Shown here: piece by piece, positions 1 through 8,658 of the stretch
Position numbering within the stretch: the stretch's first letter is position 1
Layout: every line of letters begins with the position of its first letter
Sequence record: LC765218.1
Strand: one strand, 5' to 3'
Length of the DNA stretch: 64,000 nt
Notes under the pieces: generated by a model
The model's database searches: none
Told to the model about the DNA's origin: nothing
What the model saw: only the letters and a program-made list of their open reading frames with translations
Translations under genes and position numbers: made by a program

Positions 1-1365
1 AAGGAGGAATTCCAACGTTATCTGTTCTCCCATTATCAGGATGCAGATGCGATCGAGAACTCAGCTTCGTGTGACTGTGAGCATATCACAGAAGCATACA
101 AGCTTGGGGTAATCTGCGATAACTGCGGTACACCAGTAGTAAGCACGAGCAACCGACCCATCGTTCCATCGATGTGGATTCGGGCACCGGAAGGGGTGGA
201 TCGTCTGGTGAGTCCCGAGTTGTGGATTATGCTTTCAGGTTATATGTCGATGAAAGAATTCGACTTCCTGGAGTATCTGACCAACACCCAGTATCAGTAC
301 GATTACGATACGATCAGTTCGAAGGAAACAAAACGGAAACTTGACAAGTTGCTGGCTCGCCAGTTCCCGCGTGGACTGAACAACTTCGTTCAGAACTTCG
401 ATACGATCTTCCAGTTCTTGCTCGATAGCAGTATCATCAATACCAACAAAGGTGAGATGGCTGCATTCGTTAACCAGAATAAAGAACATCTGTTCCCGAA
501 GAACATTCCGATCCCAACTAAACTCTGCTTCGTTGTAGAGTCTACGACCTCGGGTGTTTACATCGATAAGCCGATCGGCGCAGCAATCGATGCGGTACTG
601 ACTATTAGTAGTATCGGTAGTTCGGCAATTCCGCTGAAACCAATCACTGTACAAAACCGTGTAGCTCGTGCATTGAAGCTTCTAGCTATCTTCCACGAGA
701 ACTACGACAAACAACGAATTGCACAGAAACCCGGTTTGGTTCGTCGACATGTACTAGGTGGTCGTCTTAACCTGACTGCACGTGCAGTAATTACTTCTAT
801 CAGTGATCCGCATGATTACGATGAACTTCACATTCCGTGGGGTGTTGGTTGTCAGCTGTTGAAGTATCATCTGATCAACAAGCTCAAACGCAAATTCCGT
901 ATGACGACTCGCCAAGCGAACTCGTTCATTTACGAGAACGTTCTGAAGTACAACGAAGTCATCGATCAACTGTTCAAAGAGATCATCGCGGAATCGAAGT
1001 ATAAGGGTCTTCCTTGTGTATTCCACCGCAACCCGACTCTGCAACGTGGTTCGACTCAACAGTTCTTCATCACCGTTATCAAGAATGACATTCGCGATAA
1101 CTCAATCAGCATGTCGGTCCTCTGTCTTAAAGCTCCTAATGCTGATTTCGACGGCGATCAGTTGAATTTGACGTTGATGCCCGATAACTATCTGGCTGAT
1201 GCAACTGAGCGAATCGCTCCGCATACTTGGGTACTAAGTCCTGATGATCCGCACGAGATCTCGGGTAACTTGGAACTACAAGGTCCGGTAGTAGAGACCA
1301 TCATCAACTATGCTCACGAGGACTATCTTCCGTCCTTGGAAGAATGGTTGGCGAAAGCAGCTTAA
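1..1365 (+). CDS. rpoC: Non-virion RNA polymerase beta' subunit, N-terminal part (phiKZ gp55-like); 5' end lies outside the window
   Basis: The frame is open from base 1 (KEEFQRY...). It carries a Zn-finger (CDC...CDNC), LGGRLNLTARAVI, RNPTLQRG and the catalytic NADFDGD motif. Confidence 0.93.
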   Translation, partial: KEEFQRYLFSHYQDADAIENSASCDCEHITEAYKLGVICDNCGTPVVSTSNRPIVPSMWIRAPEGVDRLVSPELWIMLSGYMSMKEFDFLEYLTNTQYQYDYDTISSKETKRKLDKLLARQFPRGLNNFVQNFDTIFQFLLDSSIINTNKGEMAAFVNQNKEHLFPKNIPIPTKLCFVVESTTSGVYIDKPIGAAIDAVLTISSIGSSAIPLKPITVQNRVARALKLLAIFHENYDKQRIAQKPGLVRRHVLGGRLNLTARAVITSISDPHDYDELHIPWGVGCQLLKYHLINKLKRKFRMTTRQANSFIYENVLKYNEVIDQLFKEIIAESKYKGLPCVFHRNPTLQRGSTQQFFITVIKNDIRDNSISMSVLCLKAPNADFDGDQLNLTLMPDNYLADATERIAPHTWVLSPDDPHEISGNLELQGPVVETIINYAHEDYLPSLEEWLAKAA

Positions 1366-1385
1366 CGATCCAAGAGGAGTAATCC

Positions 1386-2000
1386 ATGTTACAACAGGCA
1401 TACGGCGTCGATCTGATGGACATCGTCGCTGGTGGCCATCTGGATCAAAATACCACGAACTGGTTGGGTGAACGTTCTCAGACACTTCGTAGTAACCTGA
1501 GTTCGATGGCAACTTCGTTCTTCGATCAAGCACAAAATCTTTACCAGATGATCAGTACCAGCACAGCGGTACAGGCGATGCGGAACATTGTTGCTAAAAC
1601 GGATAACAGTTGGATGTCTAACAACATTCATGGACTGTATACGTTAGAGCAATTGCAAACCGCAAATCCGATCATGCAACGATACATCATGGCACAAGAA
1701 CGCCTGCGTGGTATGTATCTGAACAACATGGTTGAAGGTTATGCTGATTCGTATGTAAACCATCATGGTGATCGTGTTGGCGAACGCCATTACGATTATC
1801 GTCGTGTGATGGACGAAGTACTGGTTGTCAATGATGACCACACCGTAGTCAAGCAGTTCTACGAAGAAATCCCAGAAGGTGATAAAGAGCTTTCTCTCTA
1901 CGAGAAGGTTGATATTCTCCGTTCATGGAATCTTGTGAATGTTGCTCTAGATGAAAACGAAATGGATCCAACCAGTCCTGTAGGGAACTTGTTGGGTTAA
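1386..2000 (+). CDS. Conserved jumbo-phage hypothetical protein following the nvRNAP beta' N gene
   Basis: 204-aa ORF with GAGGAG SD, phage-like codon usage, followed by a terminator. Confidence 0.8.
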   Translation: MLQQAYGVDLMDIVAGGHLDQNTTNWLGERSQTLRSNLSSMATSFFDQAQNLYQMISTSTAVQAMRNIVAKTDNSWMSNNIHGLYTLEQLQTANPIMQRYIMAQERLRGMYLNNMVEGYADSYVNHHGDRVGERHYDYRRVMDEVLVVNDDHTVVKQFYEEIPEGDKELSLYEKVDILRSWNLVNVALDENEMDPTSPVGNLLG

Positions 2001-2010
2001 CAACATAAAC

Positions 2011-2035
2011 GGAGTCCCTTAGGGGACTCCTTTAT
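2011..2035 (+). terminator. Intrinsic terminator with TTAG loop
   Basis: GGAGTCCC-TTAG-GGGACTCC followed by TTTAT. Confidence 0.8.
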
Positions 2036-2058
2036 AACGAGGATATAAGGAATTTAGT

Positions 2059-2481
2059 ATGATCGAACCGGTGTCGTTTAAGGCCGATCCTAATAAAGCA
2101 CGTCGCCCTATTCTCGATAGTTACGCTCAAAAAATACAAGCTCAAAAAGGGCGTATGAATGTAGTAACTTACTGTGCCAATAACCCCGATAAGATGGTTA
2201 AGATACATCGCGACGGTAATAAATGGTATTGTTGTATTGAACGTGATGGCGTCGAAGTAATTGACAAAAATGAAATAATTGTCATGGGTCCCCCTGGATT
2301 CCCAGATACGATTCAATTACAGATTTCCAATGACCCTAATGATAAAGTACATTTCGTGGAAATTCATGATGGTCGTATTTGGGAAGCAATCAACGCTATC
2401 GGTGGCGGCTATACCCGAAAAAGGATTGAGTTGCCATTCGGACATCCTTTCTTAGACTTCCTTTTCGTGGAGTCCGATTGA
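2059..2481 (+). CDS. Hypothetical protein (accessory; flanked by terminators)
   Basis: 140-aa ORF with AAGGA SD; no recognisable motif. Confidence 0.7.
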   Translation: MIEPVSFKADPNKARRPILDSYAQKIQAQKGRMNVVTYCANNPDKMVKIHRDGNKWYCCIERDGVEVIDKNEIIVMGPPGFPDTIQLQISNDPNDKVHFVEIHDGRIWEAINAIGGGYTRKRIELPFGHPFLDFLFVESD

Positions 2482-2498
2482 GTCCAATGATGTAGTTA

Positions 2499-2540
2499 GC
2501 GGAGTCTTAGGACTCCGCATACTTTCCTATTATTTTTTTT
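2499..2540 (+). terminator. Intrinsic terminator with TTAG loop
   Basis: GCGGAGTC-TTAG-GACTCCGC, with a T-rich run downstream. Confidence 0.7.
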
Positions 2541-2550
2541 TGGAGTTGCC

Positions 2551-2955
2551 ATGACAGTCTCTCTCCCAACACTAGGTACTGATGGTTGGATTACCTCAAT
2601 GGAATCCAAAGCAGACTACATCATCTCTACTTTCCTTACAACAAATAGGTCCATGTCAACGTTACATAGGACACAAAATACTTCGCTTCAATATCTACTG
2701 AAGGAATATGCTAACGATATCCTTAATCTGGAAATTCAGCTTCGTGATGTACTAACAAATAAACTACGAACCGTGTTTGGTGAATCAGCTCAGGCTTTGG
2801 TTAGTATTGTTCCAGCGAGTCCAGATAATCCGGATGCATTCTCCATTCAGTTTACAGGTATAGTCACTGATGGTACTAAAGAGTATACAGTGGGTAAACT
2901 GGTTCAATTCCAAAATTCACACATTGTGAATATTGCTAATATCAACAACGGGTAA
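2551..2955 (+). CDS. Conserved Chimalliviridae core-block hypothetical protein
   Basis: 134-aa ORF with GGAG SD, in the conserved block upstream of sbcD. Confidence 0.7.
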   Translation: MTVSLPTLGTDGWITSMESKADYIISTFLTTNRSMSTLHRTQNTSLQYLLKEYANDILNLEIQLRDVLTNKLRTVFGESAQALVSIVPASPDNPDAFSIQFTGIVTDGTKEYTVGKLVQFQNSHIVNIANINNG

Positions 2956-2959
2956 ATAT

Positions 2960-3550
2960 ATGTCGAATCTTGATTCTCAAATGGAAGAAGCACAGGTACT
3001 GGTCGATGGGGAATCAGATGTTAAATCTGCTCCTGACCTTAATGAAACAGATGCACTCATTCAACGAGTGGAACATCTTAATCGCACGGTAGAACGGCTG
3101 AGCGAAAGGCTTCATGTTTCTGAAAAGGCTATTAAACAAATTTTGGAAGCACTGACCCAATCGGAAGATCTACATGAACTCCGTGTCATTAAGATTCTCT
3201 CTAGTTTCTTTGGTGGGTTGAATAATAGCCTTCGTGAAAGTCTTGAGCATATGACTCAAGAAGTATCCACACGTCGTTATGGTTTTACTATTGAAGTTGT
3301 TGATGGTGTTAACGTAACGGCACACGAGAATAGTGTAATTGCAACCAAACGAGAAGATGGTGGTATTGATTTCGCATCTATTAATACCCCCGATCAAATC
3401 CAAAACCATGGAACCGAACCATTCGTTCAATACCTGAAGCAACATGATGAACTGTTTGAAGGTCAGAATGCAATCGTCATTAATATCCTTGCTTCTAAAG
3501 ATGCACTTGAAAAAGTACAAGGAGAATTGAATGAGCCAGTATCAAACTGA
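2960..3550 (+). CDS. Hypothetical protein with N-terminal coiled coil
   Basis: Track ORF 2933..3550; ATG 2960 preferred (GGT SD-like). Heptad segment LIQRVEHLNRTVERLSERL. Confidence 0.7.
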   Translation: MSNLDSQMEEAQVLVDGESDVKSAPDLNETDALIQRVEHLNRTVERLSERLHVSEKAIKQILEALTQSEDLHELRVIKILSSFFGGLNNSLRESLEHMTQEVSTRRYGFTIEVVDGVNVTAHENSVIATKREDGGIDFASINTPDQIQNHGTEPFVQYLKQHDELFEGQNAIVINILASKDALEKVQGELNEPVSN

Positions 3551-4142
3551 TACAGCTGAAGAAATCCGCGCACGTCATGTAACGCGTGGAATCGATGATT
3601 GTCTGAATACAATCATCGCAAACGACGAGATGCAGTTGCCCATTATCCTGGAAGACAGGTTTGTGAAAGAGGTCTTACCCCTACTAGTAAGACCATGGGA
3701 TACTGATAACTTAACCCGTTATCGGAAATACGTACTAGAATTGACAAATCCTCTGCGTGTAGCTTCTAATGAAGCAGAGCCGAAGATTCTTTTTACGGTA
3801 CCAGCTTTGTATCCCAGGCCAGCTACCTCATGGGCAGCCGATGCTACAACTGCATCTATTTCACATGTAGTAGATTACATTGCTATTGAACGTGAACGGT
3901 CTCTGCAAGATCTTGAACCGTATATCACGGAATTCTTAAGTAGTGTATCTATTACTACAACCGTGGACAAAAGTGTTCTCATTCCTTTAGCTAACATCCT
4001 GGCGATGTACAACCGCACTTTCGAAGATGAAAGTGGGAATCCATTGTACACCCTCGCCGGGGGTGTTCCCGTTAAAGGGTCTAATGGTAGTGTACGTCAA
4101 CAGGCTGATACAAGCTCATTTGACGACGATTATGAAGACTGA
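3531..4142 (+). CDS. Conserved core-block hypothetical protein
   Basis: 203-aa ORF overlapping its neighbours, with AAGGAG SD and an acidic C-terminus. Confidence 0.75.
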   Translation: MSQYQTDTAEEIRARHVTRGIDDCLNTIIANDEMQLPIILEDRFVKEVLPLLVRPWDTDNLTRYRKYVLELTNPLRVASNEAEPKILFTVPALYPRPATSWAADATTASISHVVDYIAIERERSLQDLEPYITEFLSSVSITTTVDKSVLIPLANILAMYNRTFEDESGNPLYTLAGGVPVKGSNGSVRQQADTSSFDDDYED

Positions 4143-5277
4143 TAAAACAAAGTTCCCCGGTACATTTCGATATATAAGCCTAGGTGATATTCACCTAGGT
4201 CATCGGACAACTCCTACCTCTCATATTCTGTTAAACTTAGATAAAGTTATTACAGATAAGATGTTAAAGGAACTCGATATGGTCATTATTACTGGTGACC
4301 TATTCGACCGACAGCTTAACTACGGTGATGAATCTGTACATCAGATAAACCGTTGGGCAACAACGTTCATGATGCGCTGCGCTGCAAATAACGTGATGCT
4401 CAGAATAGTTGAAGGTACACCTAGCCATGATAGGGAACAAACCCAGTTCTTTGTAGAGCAAAAAGTAAACGTAAATATTCCAGTCGATCTCCATTACTCT
4501 AAGACACTGTCAATTGAGTATATTGAGAAGCTCGATGCACATTTTCTTTATGTCCCAGATAAATGGCATCCATCAACAGCTGTTACTTTATCGCAGGTAA
4601 AAGAACAGATGGCTTCACTGGGCATAGAGAAGGTTGACTTTGCTATTATGCATGGTGCATTTAGTTATCAGCTACCTTCCATTGTAGAAGAACCAACTCA
4701 CGATGAAGAAGAATACTTAGCTTTAGTAAAACATCAGATCTTAATTGGTCATGTCCACAACATGACTATTAATGATAGAATTTACGCAGCTGGTTCTTTC
4801 GATCGAATCTGTCATGGCGATGAGATCGATAAAGGGTTGTTTCATTTTATCGTTCGTGAGGATGGTAATTTCACGGCGACATTTATAAAGAACAAGAATG
4901 CTAAGAAGTATGTTACTTTAGAAGTTCACGGTTATGATACTAAACAACTTCTTAATAAAGTAAAAGAAACCTTAGCAGAACTACCCAAGTATTCTGCTAT
5001 ACGACTGCGTTGTGACCCAATGGACGTAGCTAACGGCGATATCGAAACATTTCGAGTTGAGTATCCTAACTACGAATGGTCTGTCTTGGTGGAAAAAGCT
5101 ACTAAGAAAAAGAATAGTGTAGCGACAAGTCTAAAAGAATTTGACATGTCTAAGTTTATCGCTATTACACCAGAGACAATTAGTGATCTTCTTAAAGAAG
5201 AGATTTCAAAAGTCACTGATGATCAGACCATACAAGTCCGTTGTCTTGAAAGGTTGGCACAGTTCGTTAGGAATTAA
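4132..5277 (+). CDS. sbcD: SbcD/Mre11-like metallophosphoesterase nuclease (phiKZ gp65-like)
   Basis: Motifs GDIHLG, ITGDLFD, GTPSHD, MHGAF, GHVH. ATG 4132 preferred over the track start at 4027. Confidence 0.9.
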   Translation: MKTDKTKFPGTFRYISLGDIHLGHRTTPTSHILLNLDKVITDKMLKELDMVIITGDLFDRQLNYGDESVHQINRWATTFMMRCAANNVMLRIVEGTPSHDREQTQFFVEQKVNVNIPVDLHYSKTLSIEYIEKLDAHFLYVPDKWHPSTAVTLSQVKEQMASLGIEKVDFAIMHGAFSYQLPSIVEEPTHDEEEYLALVKHQILIGHVHNMTINDRIYAAGSFDRICHGDEIDKGLFHFIVREDGNFTATFIKNKNAKKYVTLEVHGYDTKQLLNKVKETLAELPKYSAIRLRCDPMDVANGDIETFRVEYPNYEWSVLVEKATKKKNSVATSLKEFDMSKFIAITPETISDLLKEEISKVTDDQTIQVRCLERLAQFVRN

Positions 5278-5279
5278 AT

Positions 5280-6107
5280 ATGGAACTCATTGAAAGAGAT
5301 GTCGGACAGCTTCCAGTTAGTATCGGTACTTCTCTTGCCTTTGAGGGATTCTTAGGAATTCACCCGAATCAACCTAAGCATCCGATTGACGTTAAATCGG
5401 TAAAAGAGATATGGGTCAATCTTCGAACATTGGCCCGTAATCTTAATTCAGCTGTAGCTACGGATAAAGTCCATGGCATTAATCCAGCTGATGCTGTTAC
5501 AATCCTAATGCAGGAAATACAGACAATTCCGGTTGCACTGGGGCAACATGGATCGAAAGTCAAGGTGCGTTGGTATATCGCATCTAAAGACGCGGTCAAG
5601 TGGGAATACCCCAAGGCTATTTATAAAGAAGCCAAAACGCCAAAACAAATGGCATATGAAGTATACGAACGTTACGCGGCAATTGAACTTCTGCATCAAA
5701 TGAAAGATGCAGGAATAGAAGTGATGGAGATCGATAAAGCTCCAGTAAGGACCCAAGGTACGATCGCTTTGGTTACCCATTTTCCACATGAGCTATTGTG
5801 GAAACAATATTTCGATCGTCTTCTTTTGTTGGAATCCCACACTGGGAAAATAAAACCGTACAACTTGTGGTACACCAAGCTTAACGGCATAAAAGAGGAT
5901 ACGCCCATCCCATTCACTAAATTCACTCTACAAGTGTTTGGCGATAGCGTTGTTTTCGATGCACAACCAAAAGCTATTAAGGCCCAACTGAAACAGTTAG
6001 CTGCTTCGAGACGTTGGTCGCCTGTAACTACACAAGACAAAATCTATCATGACATTACAACTCATGGCAGTAAAGAACTTAAAGAATGTTACGCGCTATT
6101 ACGCTGA
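5280..6107 (+). CDS. Conserved core protein downstream of sbcD (phiKZ gp66-like by position)
   Basis: 275-aa ORF 2 nt after the sbcD stop; assignment by synteny only. Confidence 0.65.
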   Translation: MELIERDVGQLPVSIGTSLAFEGFLGIHPNQPKHPIDVKSVKEIWVNLRTLARNLNSAVATDKVHGINPADAVTILMQEIQTIPVALGQHGSKVKVRWYIASKDAVKWEYPKAIYKEAKTPKQMAYEVYERYAAIELLHQMKDAGIEVMEIDKAPVRTQGTIALVTHFPHELLWKQYFDRLLLLESHTGKIKPYNLWYTKLNGIKEDTPIPFTKFTLQVFGDSVVFDAQPKAIKAQLKQLAASRRWSPVTTQDKIYHDITTHGSKELKECYALLR

Positions 6108-6192
6108 TTAGAAAGAATACTCTTCATCGATATAGTACGTAGAAACACTTTCGCGAAGTGTAAAAAATTAATCCAATTGGAGCTAACACATC

Positions 6193-6939
6193 ATGTCTCA
6201 ACAATCCCAAGGCCCTGCCCTCTCTCCGTTCTCTGTAATGTCCACTTGGCTACATGCTGATCCGGTAGAAGGTTCTCAGAAACGTCCTAACCTGCGTTTC
6301 GGTGTCTTTGGTAACGTACCTCGCCTGACCGTACGTACTAACGTTCAAGGTGATCTGAATAACGGTAAGATTGAATTCAAAACTGACCTGGCTACTTTTG
6401 CAGCTGCAATGAAGTATGCACGGGATCTTGTCGATGGTAAAGATGTTCCTCAAGAACGTAAGTTTGTTCACCAAGATGACTTTGTTGGCGGTAAAAAGAT
6501 CGATAAGATCATTCCGATCACCACACTGGTAATCGGCCGCGAACAGAACTCTGGTCGTATTTACATTGCTCTTATCTCTTCTCAGCAACAGCGCCCGCGT
6601 ATTCGGTTCTTCTTCGGTCCGTCGAAATATCACACCATCCTGAATGGTGATGGTTCCCCCATCTCTCCGAAAGAGATGTCCGAAGCTTACGCTACCGGTT
6701 TCCTGGAACCGGCCACTGCAATCATTTACCAGATGATGGTAAGCAGTTTTGACCAGAACGCTAAGAACGTAGCCAACCCAGCTAACTTTGGTAACGGTGG
6801 CGGCGGTGGTCAACGTCAAGGTGGCTATAATGGCGGCAACCGTGGTGGTAATAGCGGTGGTGCTCCTCAAGGTTACAATCGTCCGTCCTCCGGTGGTTTC
6901 CAGGACAATGGCTTTGACGATTCCATTCCTGACTTCTAA
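6193..6939 (+). CDS. chmC: ChmC-like nucleus-associated nucleic-acid-binding protein (phiKZ gp67-like)
   Basis: Sits immediately before the sigma-like nvRNAP subunit and PicA. Beta-rich core, G/N/R-rich disordered tail and acidic tip FDDSIPDF. Confidence 0.7.
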   Translation: MSQQSQGPALSPFSVMSTWLHADPVEGSQKRPNLRFGVFGNVPRLTVRTNVQGDLNNGKIEFKTDLATFAAAMKYARDLVDGKDVPQERKFVHQDDFVGGKKIDKIIPITTLVIGREQNSGRIYIALISSQQQRPRIRFFFGPSKYHTILNGDGSPISPKEMSEAYATGFLEPATAIIYQMMVSSFDQNAKNVANPANFGNGGGGGQRQGGYNGGNRGGNSGGAPQGYNRPSSGGFQDNGFDDSIPDF

Positions 6940-6946
6940 ATAAATC

Positions 6947-6983
6947 TACAGCATCTCTTTGGTAAACACCGAGAGATGCTGTA
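6947..6983 (+). terminator. Long hairpin after chmC (probable terminator or processing site)
   Basis: 12-bp stem TACAGCATCTCT/AGAGATGCTGTA; weak U-tract. Confidence 0.55.
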
Positions 6984-7004
6984 TGCCCTCTATTTCCTGA
7001 CATT

Positions 7005-7036
7005 AAAAAATATCTCAGATCTATATTACAACTGTG
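7005..7036 (+). promoter_or_regulatory. Early (vRNAP-type) promoter for the sigma-like/PicA operon
   Basis: TATATTAC at 7022-7029 followed by AACTGTG; matches the phiKZ early promoter core and three other copies in the window. Confidence 0.7.
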
Positions 7037-7061
7037 CATCACCAGAACTAAAGAGGTATAA

Positions 7062-8639
7062 ATGCGCATCGACGTTACTGGGGTACAAGGCAACGGCTTT
7101 GTGGAAGTAACCACTAGCCATAAAGGAAACGAAATCAAGTGGAGTACAAGGGCTTATAGCAAAGTAAAACTCAATGATCCAACTCGTGTTTTCAAGGAAT
7201 TTAATGATTACCTAGAAAGCTGCGATGAGGCTGATCAAGATCGTATCTGGAACAGCTATGTCAAAATCAACGATCTGTTCAAGATGGACTTCGAACCGGC
7301 GCACATCTCCAGTACGCTGATCCATTACATCCATGAACTGTACTCAGCTCTGCCAATGAACAAACTCCGTCGTTGGCTGTTGACTATTGGTAATCTGCAT
7401 ATTCCACCAGAGATCCAGAAAACGATCACTGATGAATCGCGCTACACCAAGCGTGAGCAGACTTATCTTCAACATGACTACATCAACCTCGCTACTGTGG
7501 CACTTGGTCTTCGACCGATGGTTCCGATTTGGGGAGAATACATTGATTCGGGTACGGATCAAGAACTCCACAAAGAAAACGAAGTTGTTGGTTTGATTAG
7601 CCGTTGTGAAATTGCTAACTGGCCGCTACTTGAAAAAGATGAAGTGGGTGAAGATGTAGATACTGCATTTGACAAACTGGAAGGGTACGTCAAATTCTGC
7701 GTTGAAGATGAACCGACTACTTTGGGTAGCCTTTGGCGTGGTATGAGTTCAGTTGAAATTCCAGTACATCTTCGTTCGAAGGTTCTGGTTCGCCGACTGA
7801 CAATCGTTCCTCTGAACGATCCAATGTCCCACTCTATCGTAGCTAACACGTTCCGTTACGTACGTAGCAATCTCAATCCTGCCGAGCGTAGTCCAACTGA
7901 TCGCGTTAATGAAAAGCGTCCAGAAGGCGGCGGTGGTGACGACGAAGATAAAACTTCGTTTATTGAGGCACACAAGACGAAAGGTCGAGTTAGCCCAGGT
8001 GACATTGAGGCATACAACATCGATGCGATGGATTATGAGCTACTGGCACAAACGGTAGATCCTACTATCGACATGGAGAAACTGAGAAAATGTATTAGTT
8101 GCGTGAGTCAGGTCGCGAACTTTGAGATCCGTCCTCACCAAGTACTACTGGCACAATGGGTAATGGCAAAAGCTTTCCCGGCGCGTGCTTTCTATCATAT
8201 CTCCAAACTGCCAGTCAATACACTGTTGGCAACTACCCAGGCTCTACTGTGGCATTGGGGTTACCTTGATGTAGCTGTGTTCCTACAAGTCGAACCTGTT
8301 TATCACGGTGAACATGGATCGACTAATCAGCTTAGTAATACCCGAAGTGGTTCGAGAATTGCTCAGAAGTATAAGGCACAGCTCGATGAACTCTATCCGC
8401 ATATGAAACTCGCTAAGGTCCCCCAATCGGGAGAGATTCCTAAGCCAGATAACATGGCGGGTATTGCAGTGAATAACTGTAACCAGTCCATCCGCTCCTC
8501 TACTTGGATCTATCATGGTCCACCTGAGCTGTTCAAGCTTTCTGGACAGATTGCTCAGAACAACATTCTGATTCCACCTCCAAATATCAAGCACACGATC
8601 ACCGAAGTGGTTCTACACCTCGCTCAGATCAACCAGTAA
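7062..8639 (+). CDS. Non-virion RNA polymerase sigma-like/promoter-specificity subunit (phiKZ gp68-like)
   Basis: 525 aa, with size and position matching gp68 between ChmC and PicA; AGAGG SD. Confidence 0.72.
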   Translation: MRIDVTGVQGNGFVEVTTSHKGNEIKWSTRAYSKVKLNDPTRVFKEFNDYLESCDEADQDRIWNSYVKINDLFKMDFEPAHISSTLIHYIHELYSALPMNKLRRWLLTIGNLHIPPEIQKTITDESRYTKREQTYLQHDYINLATVALGLRPMVPIWGEYIDSGTDQELHKENEVVGLISRCEIANWPLLEKDEVGEDVDTAFDKLEGYVKFCVEDEPTTLGSLWRGMSSVEIPVHLRSKVLVRRLTIVPLNDPMSHSIVANTFRYVRSNLNPAERSPTDRVNEKRPEGGGGDDEDKTSFIEAHKTKGRVSPGDIEAYNIDAMDYELLAQTVDPTIDMEKLRKCISCVSQVANFEIRPHQVLLAQWVMAKAFPARAFYHISKLPVNTLLATTQALLWHWGYLDVAVFLQVEPVYHGEHGSTNQLSNTRSGSRIAQKYKAQLDELYPHMKLAKVPQSGEIPKPDNMAGIAVNNCNQSIRSSTWIYHGPPELFKLSGQIAQNNILIPPPNIKHTITEVVLHLAQINQ

Positions 8640-8658
8640 AATTCAAGAGGTAAATTAC

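Noticed and set aside
6154-6172. Small hairpin ACACTT...AAGTGT upstream of chmC
   Set aside because: It is short and AT-rich with no supporting context; insufficient evidence for a regulatory call.
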